A DNA stretch of 64,000 nucleotides from Gaiellaceae bacterium (GTDB taxonomy: Bacteria > Actinomycetota > Thermoleophilia > Gaiellales > Gaiellaceae). The stretch lies in the NCBI GenBank assembly GCA_035601195.1, contig DATNOU010000095.1, positions 3,002-67,001 on the forward strand. The letters are read 5' to 3'. Shown here piece after piece: positions 26,839 to 35,258 of the stretch; the stretch's first letter is position 1; each line of letters starts with the position of its first letter. Under the pieces are notes generated by a model. It was given only the letters and a program-made list of their open reading frames with translations, made no database searches and had not been told where the DNA came from. A program made the translations under genes and the position numbers.

Positions 26839-27755
26839 TGGAAGCCGGCGCGAGCCGGCTCTCGCGGCTCAGACTTCGCGCCGCGTCTCCGGCGCTCTTC
26901 TATCGGCTTAGCCTCCTCGCCCTCGCCGCCCTCTTCCTCATCGTCGTCTCGGGCGCGACCGTCCGTCTCACCGGCTCGGGCCTCGGATGCGAGAACTGGC
27001 CACGCTGCGGGAGCACGTTCCTGCCGCAGAAGGACTACCACGCACTGATCGAGTTCGGGAATCGCGGCGTCGGCTTCGTGGTCGGGCTCGTGACCCTGGC
27101 CGCGGCGATCGGGGCGACGCGCGTCGAGCCGCTCCCGCGCTGGCTGCTCGCCGCAGCCTGGGTCCTGCCGGTGACTGTCCTGCTCCAGGGTGTCCTCGGC
27201 GGGATCACCGTCCTTTTCGAGCTGCATCCGCTGATCGTCATGGGGCATTTCCTCCTCTCCCTGCTCGCCCTCGCGGTCGCCGTCGTGGTCGTGATCGGCG
27301 CCTACGACTTCTTGCACGCAGCCAAGGCTCATTCGCCGCTTGCCGCCAACTGGCTCGCGCTTGTGCTCGTGCCCAGCGCCCTCGCGCTCGTGATCACCGG
27401 GACGCTCGTCACCGCCGCGGGCCCTCATTCCGGCGGGGAGAAGATCAGGCGATTCGGGCTGCTTCCCGACGCGCTCCACCTGCACGTCGGGGCCGCGGCG
27501 CTCTTCGGCATCGTCTACCTCGGTGTGGTCGCCTCGCTCTACTACGCGCGGCCGCGGCCTCGCACGGAGCTCCTCCTCGCTGGGGGCGTGCTGGTTGCGC
27601 TCCTCGCCCAGATGGCGATCGGAGACATCCAGTGGCGAACCCATCTGCCGTGGGGCCTCGTGCTGGTGCACGTCGCTCTGGCGACAGCGGTTTGGGCGGG
27701 TGTCGTTGCGCTCGCAGCCAGGCTGATCCTCAGATCGAAGCCTCGGCTGCCCTAA
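26835..27755 (+). CDS. ctaA: Heme A synthase (COX15/CtaA family)
   Basis: 306 aa polytopic membrane protein. GATVRLTGSGLGCENWPRC and the conserved His residues (EFGNR, MGHF, HLH, VHV) are typical of CtaA. The start overlaps the selD stop. Confidence 0.8.
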   Translation: MMEAGASRLSRLRLRAASPALFYRLSLLALAALFLIVVSGATVRLTGSGLGCENWPRCGSTFLPQKDYHALIEFGNRGVGFVVGLVTLAAAIGATRVEPLPRWLLAAAWVLPVTVLLQGVLGGITVLFELHPLIVMGHFLLSLLALAVAVVVVIGAYDFLHAAKAHSPLAANWLALVLVPSALALVITGTLVTAAGPHSGGEKIRRFGLLPDALHLHVGAAALFGIVYLGVVASLYYARPRPRTELLLAGGVLVALLAQMAIGDIQWRTHLPWGLVLVHVALATAVWAGVVALAARLILRSKPRLP

Positions 27756-27812
27756 ACTCCTTCCATCGGCAGACATCTCCGCATCGAGCGCCGCCCCTCT
27801 CTGCGCCGCCCG

Positions 27813-28655
27813 GTGCTCGTCGCCGCCTTCAGGGGTTGGAACGACGGAGCGCAGGGAGCCTCCTTGGCCGCCAGCTTCCTCGCGCAGGCCTGGAAGGCGC
27901 GCCGCTTCGCGGACATCGACCCCGAGGAATTCTTCGACTTCCAGGCAACCAGGCCCCATGTGGCTCTGGAGGAAGGCCTCACGCGCCGGATCGACTGGCC
28001 GGAGACTGCCTTTTACCATGCCTCGATTCCGGGTCTGGAGCGTGACGCCGTTCTCGCGCTCGGCATCGAGCCGAACTTGCGCTGGCGGACCTTCTCGGAC
28101 GAGGTGGTGGAGCTCGCCCGCGACCTCGAAGTCGAGCTTGTCGTCACGCTCGGCGCGCTGCTCGCCGACGTGCCGCACACACGCCCCGCCCCGGTGACGG
28201 GTTCGGCGAGCGACCCCAAGCTCGTAGAGGAGCTGCGGCTCGCCTCGTCGCGCTACGAGGGCCCGACGGGGATCGTCGGCGTCGTCCACGACGCCTGTCG
28301 GCGCGCCGAGCTCCCTTCGGCAAGCCTCTGGGCCGCGGTACCGCACTACGCCTCGCTCGCGGCCAGCCCCAAGGCGGCGCTGGCCCTTTGCCTGCGGCTG
28401 GCCGACCTGCTCGGGACGGAGTTCGACCTCGCCGACCTCGAGCGGGCCTCCGCGGCCTACGAGACCCAGGTGAGCGAGGCGGTGGCCTCCGACGAGGAGA
28501 CCGAGGCGTACGTGCAGCAGCTCGAGGAGCGGCGCGACGCGCTGGGGGAGGAGCTCGACATGCCGTCAGGCGAGACGCTGGCCGCGGAGCTCACGCGCTT
28601 CCTCCGCGAGCACGAGGCCCGGCGCGACGAGGAGAGCTCCGAGGAGGATGCCTAG
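27813..28655 (+). CDS. PAC2 (proteasome assembly chaperone 2-like) family protein
   Basis: 280 aa. The N-terminal AAFRGWNDGAQGAS and GPTGIVGVVHD motifs are typical of actinobacterial PAC2 proteins. The GTG is the first start after an upstream stop. Confidence 0.7.
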   Translation: MLVAAFRGWNDGAQGASLAASFLAQAWKARRFADIDPEEFFDFQATRPHVALEEGLTRRIDWPETAFYHASIPGLERDAVLALGIEPNLRWRTFSDEVVELARDLEVELVVTLGALLADVPHTRPAPVTGSASDPKLVEELRLASSRYEGPTGIVGVVHDACRRAELPSASLWAAVPHYASLAASPKAALALCLRLADLLGTEFDLADLERASAAYETQVSEAVASDEETEAYVQQLEERRDALGEELDMPSGETLAAELTRFLREHEARRDEESSEEDA

Positions 28656-30295
28656 CCGAAGGTGAAGGCGTAGGCCTCGGTTCCGGGCGAGAAGGAGAGG
28701 TCGAGCGTGTGGTTACCAACTTCCCCGGGCAGCTCCGCGAGCGTGTAGAGACGGTCCTCCGTCACCCGCACCGTTTTCAGCGACCGGCCATCGACACTCA
28801 CCTGCACGGTTCCCGTCCGGCCGTCGGCCCCGAGCACGAGAAACACCTTGCGCGCGTGGAACGACAGCCGGAGCCTCGCGTCCCCGCCCGCGACGATGCG
28901 CTCCTTCTCGACCGTCCAGCGGCCGCCGTAGGCGAACGAGCTTTGCGGGACGACCTTGGGGATCGAGTAGTCCGCCTCGCGTCCCGAGACAAGCTGTGAG
29001 CCGACGAAGCGGTCGATGCGAGCCGAGCCGAGATAGGTCTCTGGCGTCAGGAGCTCGGTCGGCGTCTGGTCAGGGATCGAGGCCGACACGGGCTTCGGCA
29101 GCGCCTTCTCGGCGAGGAGCGTGCGGATGACGTCCTCGCTCCGTTGGTACTCGCCCTCTCCGAAGTGCGCGTAGCGGACGCGTCCCTGGCGGTCGACGAG
29201 GTACTTGGCTGGCCAGTACTGGTTGCCCCAGGCGCTCCAGGTCCCGTACCCGTTGTCCAGCGCGACCGGGTAATGGACTCCCAGTGAGCCGACGGCTCGC
29301 TCCACATTCGCGGGCACGCGCTCGAACGCGAACTCCGGCGTGTGCACCCCAACGACGACCAGGCCGGCGTCGCGATACGTATCGGCCCAGCGCCTGACGT
29401 ACGGGAGCGTGCGCAGGCAGTTGATGCAGGAGTACGTCCAGAAGTCGATCAGGACGACCTTGCCACGGAGCGAAGCGAGGGTCAGCGGCTTCGAGTTGAC
29501 CCAGCGGTCTATGTCCTGGAACTCGGGCGCCTGCCCGAAGTCGTGCAACCGGCCCTCGGGGAGGATGTGCCGGCGCCCCGCCACGAGCCGACCGATCTCC
29601 CGCTGCGCGGCCGCGGCTCTCTCGACGCGCTGGAGCGAGCGCGTGTAGCCGGGGACGTAGGTCGCGAGCTTCAGGTCGAGCCCGAAGACCATGAGAACGG
29701 CGGCGCCTGCGATCACCGCACCGAGCGCCTGGCGCACCTGTGGCGCGCGCCGGCGCAGGCTTTGGAGGTTTACCCCACTCTGGCCCGCGAGCGCGAGGAG
29801 CAGGAGGACGGCGCCTGCCCCGAGGGCGTAGGAGAGCGTCACGAGGACCGATTCGACCGAAAACCGGCTCGTCGCGGCGAGCGCGGCGACCGCGGCGATC
29901 ACCGGCCCGGCGCACGGCGTGAACAGAAGCCCCAGGCTCGTTCCGAGGAGAAAGCCGCCGCCCGCGTCGCCCGGCGGACGCCGTCCGAGCGCCTGGAAGG
30001 GCCGCTCGACGAGGCGGCCGAGCGCCGGCACGAGCAGCGAGATCCCCACCAGGAGCACGACCGCGATGGCGATGTTCCGGAGCAGGTCGTCTGGGAGTCC
30101 GAGTGCCGAGAGCAGAGCGGTCGCCGCGAGCGTGAAGGCGGTGAAGCTCACCACCAGGCCTCCGACGATCGCGTACGGACGCCGCCGACCGCCTGTCGCT
30201 CCCCCCGCGAGCACGATCGGTAGCACGGGGAGGACGCAGGGTGAGATCGCTGTGACGACGCCTGCGACGAAGGCGACGCCTACGAGAAGGAGCAC
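28652..30295 (-). CDS. DipZ-like fusion: CcdA/DsbD membrane domain + thioredoxin-like domain + C-terminal beta domain
   Basis: 547 aa. The N-terminal CcdA motifs are AISPCVLPVLP and LFTPCAGPV. The periplasmic redoxin motif is FWTYSCINCLRTLPY. Confidence 0.8.
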   Translation of the reverse strand: MLLLVGVAFVAGVVTAISPCVLPVLPIVLAGGATGGRRRPYAIVGGLVVSFTAFTLAATALLSALGLPDDLLRNIAIAVVLLVGISLLVPALGRLVERPFQALGRRPPGDAGGGFLLGTSLGLLFTPCAGPVIAAVAALAATSRFSVESVLVTLSYALGAGAVLLLLALAGQSGVNLQSLRRRAPQVRQALGAVIAGAAVLMVFGLDLKLATYVPGYTRSLQRVERAAAAQREIGRLVAGRRHILPEGRLHDFGQAPEFQDIDRWVNSKPLTLASLRGKVVLIDFWTYSCINCLRTLPYVRRWADTYRDAGLVVVGVHTPEFAFERVPANVERAVGSLGVHYPVALDNGYGTWSAWGNQYWPAKYLVDRQGRVRYAHFGEGEYQRSEDVIRTLLAEKALPKPVSASIPDQTPTELLTPETYLGSARIDRFVGSQLVSGREADYSIPKVVPQSSFAYGGRWTVEKERIVAGGDARLRLSFHARKVFLVLGADGRTGTVQVSVDGRSLKTVRVTEDRLYTLAELPGEVGNHTLDLSFSPGTEAYAFTFG

Positions 30296-30304
30296 GAGGA
30301 GAAG

Positions 30305-32743
30305 TTAGCCGGAGCCGGCTGCTTCGGGCTGCGCAGCCTTTGGCTTCTGCGCCTGTTTCTGCTCTTGCGTCTTCTGCCCTTGCTGCTTCGGCTGCTGGTC
30401 GCGCTGCTTGCGCCGGCGCCGGCGCCGGCGGGCCTTGCCGGAGTGCTGCTTGGGCGCCGGGAGGTTGTCGGCGAGAGCGTTGGCCACGTCGTTGATCGAG
30501 CCGAGCCGCTCACGCATGCCGTCGATCAGTCGCTGGGCCGTCGGTGTGTAGGCCTCGGCCGAGGCGAGCAGCGCCACCGCGACGTGTAGAGGCTGCTCGA
30601 GAGCGACGTTGACGAGCCGGGCAGCGTTCTCCTCGTGCCGGTGGCCGCGCGAGTTGGTGAGAGCACCGAGCAACCGCTTCGCCTCCGGGAGCTCGGAACT
30701 GGCGCGCCGGTCCTGGAGCTTGCGAGTCGCGCGGGCGAGTCGCCAGGTCCAGCGTGCGACGATGTCAGGCGGGGCGTCCACCTTCCCTTCTCCGATTGCC
30801 CGCAAGAGGATGCGGACGCCCTGGACTCGGTCCTTGTCCCAGGTTGGCGCCGAGGTGACCATCGTGACCAGGTCGTCGAAGTCGGCGCGATCCACCGTGA
30901 CCGCGACGCGGTCGCCGAGCGCCGACAGCCGCAGGCGGCGGTTTGGGTTTTCCGCAGCGCAGCTCATGAGGAACGCCTCGCGGCACTCCCTCGAGGCGCG
31001 TGCGAGCTTTTCGGCGAAATGCTGCCGCTCCTCGAAGCGCACCTGCCGCCCGGCGATGCGGGCCCAGAGAAGCTGCTCGTCCTCGGCGAGCTTGCCCGGA
31101 GCGACGCGCTCCCATTCTCGCGTGATGACGGCTACGCGTCGGCGGATGTCGGGCGTGACCGGCACGAGCCACGGCGCGGGAGAGAGCTTGCGGCGCGCTC
31201 GCCGCTGGACTCGGCGGCGCGGTGCGGGGGTGACGCGTGCTCCGGGGCGGTAGAAGTCGGAGTCAAGAAGACTGTGAAGGGTCACCGTGCGCTCGTTGTG
31301 GGTCGCGGCGTCGGGGACGAAGTCGACCACGACGCCCGCCTCCTTGCGAGGGTGGGTGCGCATGACGCGGCCGATCCGCTGCTGGTAGACGCGACGGCTC
31401 GCAGTCGGCGCGAGGTGCATGCAGACGGTTGCGCGAGGCGAGTTCCAGCCCTCCGCCAGGAGCATGGCATTGATGAGAACGTGGATCTCCCCGCGCTCGT
31501 AGGCGGCCAGCGTTTCCGCGAGCTTTACGGGCGGAGTGCGGCCGCTGACCGCCTCCGCCTTCATCCCGGCCGCCCGGAACTCGCGGGCGAGGTTGTAGGC
31601 GTGCTCTACACCCGCCGCATACACGATCCCAGGTGTCTGGTCGAAGCGGTCGCGGTAGAGGCTCGCCGCCGCCTGGTTGATGACGCTGTGATCGAGGACC
31701 TTGGCCAGGATCTCCTGGTCGTAGTCGCCGCCGACGATCGGAACCGAGGCGACAGCGGCCGCGGGTGGCACGCGTAGGCACCGCAGCGGCGCGATGAGGC
31801 CCCGGCGCGCGGCGTCCCCGAGCGGCAGGTCGTCGACTGAGGCCGGGAAGACGTCCGAGACCTGCTTGGCGATCAACTGCTCGGTCGCAGTCATCCCGAT
31901 GTAGATCGGCTCGGGGAAGCTGCGAATGGCGCTGCTCGTCTTTTCACCGAGCGCCGTGTGGGCCTCGTCGCAGATGACGAGCTGGTAGGCATTCCTGGAG
32001 ATCGACCCGACGTGGCGCGCGAACCACGCGTACGTCTGGATCGTGATCGGATTCCCGCGGAGCGGTTCCTGGCCTTTCTCGATCGCGGGCCGGAAGCGGT
32101 CCCCGTAGCCCTCGGTCGTGAGGTCGGTCGTGAACTGCTGCACGAGCAGGCGCCGATGGGTGAGGATCAGGATGCCCATCGTCCGGGCGGCCTCGACGAA
32201 ACCGCCGGCCGCGATCGTCTTCCCGGATGCGGTGGGATGGCGGAAGCGGAAGCGGCGAATCGCTCCGGGATCCTTCTCGGGGGGAAGCTCGGTTACCTCG
32301 CCGTCGTCGGGAGCGGGCTCCTCGAACTCCTCTTCCTCTTCATCCTCCTCGACGGCCGGGTGGCCGTTGCCGTTCTCGGGCGCTTCCTCGTGCCGGGAGA
32401 TCAGCTCGGTCAGCATCCCGGCGAGCGCGTCGATCTGGTGCCTCCGGAGCTCCGTCCCCGAAGCGAGGCGCGGCGGAAGGTCGGCGAGAACGCGCTCGAG
32501 ACCGAGCATGAGCGAGTAGCGGATCTTCCACTCGGGCGAGGGAGTCCGCCGGCCGGCTTCCATCTCGGCGAGCGCGTCGTCGAGCGCGCGGCGGCGCGCC
32601 CGTCCCTCGGCGAGGGCTTCCGCGGGATCTTCGTCCACATGCAGGAAGGGCTCACCCGCCCAGGCTTCCGCCCGGCGGGCGGCGGCTGCCAAGCCGTCCG
32701 CCTCTACCGCAGCAACGGTCGAGTGCTCTATCGCTTCTTGCAT
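30305..32743 (-). CDS. Superfamily-2 DEAH-type helicase (ResIII + Helicase_C core) with unassigned N- and C-terminal regions
   Basis: 812 aa. Walker A is HPTASGKT, motif II is ICDEAH, followed by MTAT and helicase C motifs (QRIGRVMR). There is an acidic insert (EEDEEEEEFEE) and a C-terminal K/Q/R-rich tail. Confidence 0.8.
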   Translation of the reverse strand: MQEAIEHSTVAAVEADGLAAAARRAEAWAGEPFLHVDEDPAEALAEGRARRRALDDALAEMEAGRRTPSPEWKIRYSLMLGLERVLADLPPRLASGTELRRHQIDALAGMLTELISRHEEAPENGNGHPAVEEDEEEEEFEEPAPDDGEVTELPPEKDPGAIRRFRFRHPTASGKTIAAGGFVEAARTMGILILTHRRLLVQQFTTDLTTEGYGDRFRPAIEKGQEPLRGNPITIQTYAWFARHVGSISRNAYQLVICDEAHTALGEKTSSAIRSFPEPIYIGMTATEQLIAKQVSDVFPASVDDLPLGDAARRGLIAPLRCLRVPPAAAVASVPIVGGDYDQEILAKVLDHSVINQAAASLYRDRFDQTPGIVYAAGVEHAYNLAREFRAAGMKAEAVSGRTPPVKLAETLAAYERGEIHVLINAMLLAEGWNSPRATVCMHLAPTASRRVYQQRIGRVMRTHPRKEAGVVVDFVPDAATHNERTVTLHSLLDSDFYRPGARVTPAPRRRVQRRARRKLSPAPWLVPVTPDIRRRVAVITREWERVAPGKLAEDEQLLWARIAGRQVRFEERQHFAEKLARASRECREAFLMSCAAENPNRRLRLSALGDRVAVTVDRADFDDLVTMVTSAPTWDKDRVQGVRILLRAIGEGKVDAPPDIVARWTWRLARATRKLQDRRASSELPEAKRLLGALTNSRGHRHEENAARLVNVALEQPLHVAVALLASAEAYTPTAQRLIDGMRERLGSINDVANALADNLPAPKQHSGKARRRRRRRKQRDQQPKQQGQKTQEQKQAQKPKAAQPEAAGSG

Positions 32744-32843
32744 AGGAGCAGCGCGCCTGCGCTGCCGGGAAACGAGGACTCCTGCGCGCGATCTTGGCGC
32801 GCGGGCCTGGTCGAACTATATCGCAGGCGAGAGCCGTTCGGGG

Positions 32844-34145
32844 CTAGTAAACGAGGCTTTCGGTAACCGCCCGCTGCTGGCGGACGGCCTTCTTCATGTA
32901 ATCGTAGGCCTCTTCCTTCCGACCCTCGGCCTCCGCCAGGTCGGCGAGCTTGGAGTAGACCTCGATGAGGAAGCGGTTCGGGTTGCGAGGCTCGAGCAGC
33001 TCGGCGGCGAGCTCGTAGACCTCGCGGGCGCGAGAGCTCTCACCGAGCTCTTCGTAGACGTTGCCGAGAACCGTGTAGCTCCGCGCGGCGTCTTCGGGAG
33101 CCGCGTCGGAGATGAGCCCGGAAACTTGCATGGCGAGCGCAGCCGCCTCTTCGCTCCGTTCGAGCATGGCGAGGGCTCTCGCCTCCTCGAGCCTGTACTG
33201 AGCCCGCTCGAGCTTGTTCCCGCTCCGCTCGAGGAGAGGCCAGCCCCGCTCGAGCAGAACCAGCGCCTCGTCGGCGTTGCCACGGTCGAGCTCGATGTGG
33301 GCGAGCAGCTGGTGGCCGCGAGCCGTCCGGTACGTGTCCTCGGTCAGCAGGAGGATCTCGAGCGCCCGGCGAGCATAGTCGGCCGCCGTGTCCTGATCGC
33401 TGCGCTCGGCGTGGAGGCGCGACTGCGACCAGTAAAGCCTCGCGCGGACGAGCGGATCCTGGGATTTGTCCCCCAGCGCCAGGGCTCGGCCGAGGAGCTC
33501 CTCCGCCCGCCCGAGGTTCCCGCTGTCGATCAGCGCGGAGGCGAGGAGTACCGCGAACCGCATCGTCTCGATGTCGTCCTCGCGCGCATCCGCCTCGTCG
33601 AGGGCGGCCTGGAAGACGCCGATCGCGGACTCGAGCTCACCAACCATGGCGTACGCCCGCCCCAGGGCTTCGGCGACAGCGGCCCGCATCATCCGGTCGG
33701 TCATCCCGCGGGCCCGCTCGAGGAACTTGATTGCCTCGCGCGGATTGCCCCGGCGGGAGGCGAGCTGTCCGAGGCCGGCGTGCGCCTCCGCCTTCTCCGC
33801 ATCTGTCACCGCCGAGACCAGAATCTGTTCGAACAGCTCTTCCGCGGCGTCCAGCTCATCGAGTCTGAGGGCGACCTCGGCCTGGGCGAGCTCGGCGCCG
33901 CGGACCCCGCGGTCCGCCGCGCCTGTCGCGAGATAGTCCTCGGACACGCCCAGGCGTTTTCCGAGCTCGCGCAGGAGCTGAAGGGAGGGGATCCGGTCGC
34001 CCGATTCGATGCGCGAGATGTAGGCCGGGGAGCAGCCCGAAAAGGAAAGCTGGCGCTGGCTGAGGCCGGCCCGTTCGCGCGCGTCCTTCAACCGCTCGCC
34101 GACGGCGGCGGCACTGTCGACATGAGTTGACTTTTGTCGTGGCAT
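32844..34145 (-). CDS. HTH-XRE / TPR transcriptional regulator (intact paralog of 19095..20437)
   Basis: The XRE HTH is ERAGLSQRQLSFSGCSPAYISRIESGDRIPS, followed by about 350 aa of TPR-like helices. ATG 34145 gives the same N-terminal spacing as the paralog; an upstream TTG lies at 34175. Confidence 0.8.
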   Translation of the reverse strand: MPRQKSTHVDSAAAVGERLKDARERAGLSQRQLSFSGCSPAYISRIESGDRIPSLQLLRELGKRLGVSEDYLATGAADRGVRGAELAQAEVALRLDELDAAEELFEQILVSAVTDAEKAEAHAGLGQLASRRGNPREAIKFLERARGMTDRMMRAAVAEALGRAYAMVGELESAIGVFQAALDEADAREDDIETMRFAVLLASALIDSGNLGRAEELLGRALALGDKSQDPLVRARLYWSQSRLHAERSDQDTAADYARRALEILLLTEDTYRTARGHQLLAHIELDRGNADEALVLLERGWPLLERSGNKLERAQYRLEEARALAMLERSEEAAALAMQVSGLISDAAPEDAARSYTVLGNVYEELGESSRAREVYELAAELLEPRNPNRFLIEVYSKLADLAEAEGRKEEAYDYMKKAVRQQRAVTESLVY

Positions 34146-34167
34146 CCGAAACCTGTTATAAAGTCGA

Positions 34168-34197
34168 GCTGTCAATCCTGGGCCCAGGAGCTGTCAA
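34168..34197. promoter_or_regulatory. Candidate operator: GCTGTCAA-TCCTGGGCCCAGGA-GCTGTCAA
   Basis: A perfect 14-bp palindrome is flanked by two identical 8-mers. It lies between the divergent HTH-TPR gene and the small ORF at 34217. Confidence 0.35.
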
Positions 34198-34216
34198 CGT
34201 CGGAAAGGACGGCTCC

Positions 34217-34294
34217 ATGAGACTCAAGCTGGCGTTCGTTTGCGCTGCGCTTGGGACTGTTGCGGCCTTTGTGGCCGGCACTCCCTGGTGGTAG
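34217..34294 (+). CDS. Candidate small hydrophobic peptide (25 aa), divergent from the HTH-TPR regulator
   Basis: The ATG is preceded by AAGGA. The product is MRLKLAFVCAALGTVAAFVAGTPWW. A strong intrinsic-terminator-like hairpin follows 30 nt downstream. No homology evidence is available. Confidence 0.4.
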   Translation: MRLKLAFVCAALGTVAAFVAGTPWW

Positions 34295-34324
34295 CAGCTC
34301 GTCGGTGTCATTGATTCGTTGGGG

Positions 34325-34363
34325 GTGGCGGGCCGGGTGGCCCGCCACTCTCTTTCTCTGTTT
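34325..34363 (+). terminator. Intrinsic terminator-like hairpin (GTGGCGGGCC-gggt-GGCCCGCCAC) followed by a T-rich tract
   Basis: A perfect 10-bp GC stem with a 4-nt loop is followed by tctctttctctgttt. The T-rich tail occurs only on the + strand. Confidence 0.6.
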
Positions 34364-34606
34364 ACGTCCATTTTGCCTTTTGGCGTGAACCCTCGATCGG
34401 GGTACTGGTTCGAAGCGCCGCGCATTCTGACCACTTTCTGACCCGTAACGCAAGAGCGAAGTCGTTTCGGCTCCAGAAAGAGGAAGGGAGCCCGCCTGCG
34501 GTGGCGGACTCCCCTGGAGCGTCAACGGCAATGACAATTGTCGTCGAAACGGTGTTGACGAGCATCCCCCAGACGGGGGCTGTCGAGCCGAATAGGCTCC
34601 AGTGCC

Positions 34607-35251
34607 ATGGATTGGGACGCCCACGCGGAGCGCGAGGAGGGCCGCTACAGCGACGGGCTGGCCCGTTTGCCTGAGGATCTCGACGGGAGGCAGAAGCAGC
34701 TCGTACGCGTGGCCATGGCCGCCGGAGGAGCGGGGCTTGCCCGTCTCATGCAGGGTCGGTCGGCCGAAGCAGCCGGCTGGCTCTCACGTTCCGCCGAGCG
34801 CTATCGCCAGAGCTGGGACGGCGCCCCGGCCGGCAGCTGGGGGCGCCTCATCGGGGCGGTCAAGTCGCGCATCCTGGCCGGGGACTGGGAGGGAGCCGTC
34901 CAGGACGCCCGCTGGGCCCTCGAGCAGCGCCCACAGGAATCGGACTCGCCGATCGGCGCCTACGCGGCCGTGCTGGCATTGCTGACGCTCGCCGAGGACG
35001 AGCAAGCGGCCGCACTCGCGCCGGCCCTTCGCCACGAGGCGTTTCCCGAGGCCGTGGGCGACGCGCTCGCGTCCTTGTCCGCGCACGACCGCGACGCCTA
35101 TGCGACTTCGGTCGCGCGAGTGCTCGAGTCCTTCGAGATCCGCGGGGACTACCTGGAGGACATCCCTGTCGCAGACACGGTGCTCGTGCTCGAGGCCCTG
35201 GCCGCGCGCCGTAGCTTGGCCGCCGGCCTCAAATCGGCACTTCTGCCTTAG
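34607..35251 (+). CDS. Hypothetical protein
   Basis: 214 aa ORF with GC3-rich usage. No motif was recognised. Confidence 0.5.
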   Translation: MDWDAHAEREEGRYSDGLARLPEDLDGRQKQLVRVAMAAGGAGLARLMQGRSAEAAGWLSRSAERYRQSWDGAPAGSWGRLIGAVKSRILAGDWEGAVQDARWALEQRPQESDSPIGAYAAVLALLTLAEDEQAAALAPALRHEAFPEAVGDALASLSAHDRDAYATSVARVLESFEIRGDYLEDIPVADTVLVLEALAARRSLAAGLKSALLP

Positions 35252-35258
35252 AGGACGT

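Noticed and set aside
26619-28346. 575-aa minus-strand ORF antisense to selD/ctaA/PAC2. Similar long antisense ORFs occur at 50240..52114, 52462..54018, 16723..18153, 12066..13538 and 21129..21974.
   Set aside because: These are shadow ORFs opposite clearly recognisable genes. Their composition is dominated by R/G/P/D/E runs, and no motifs are present.
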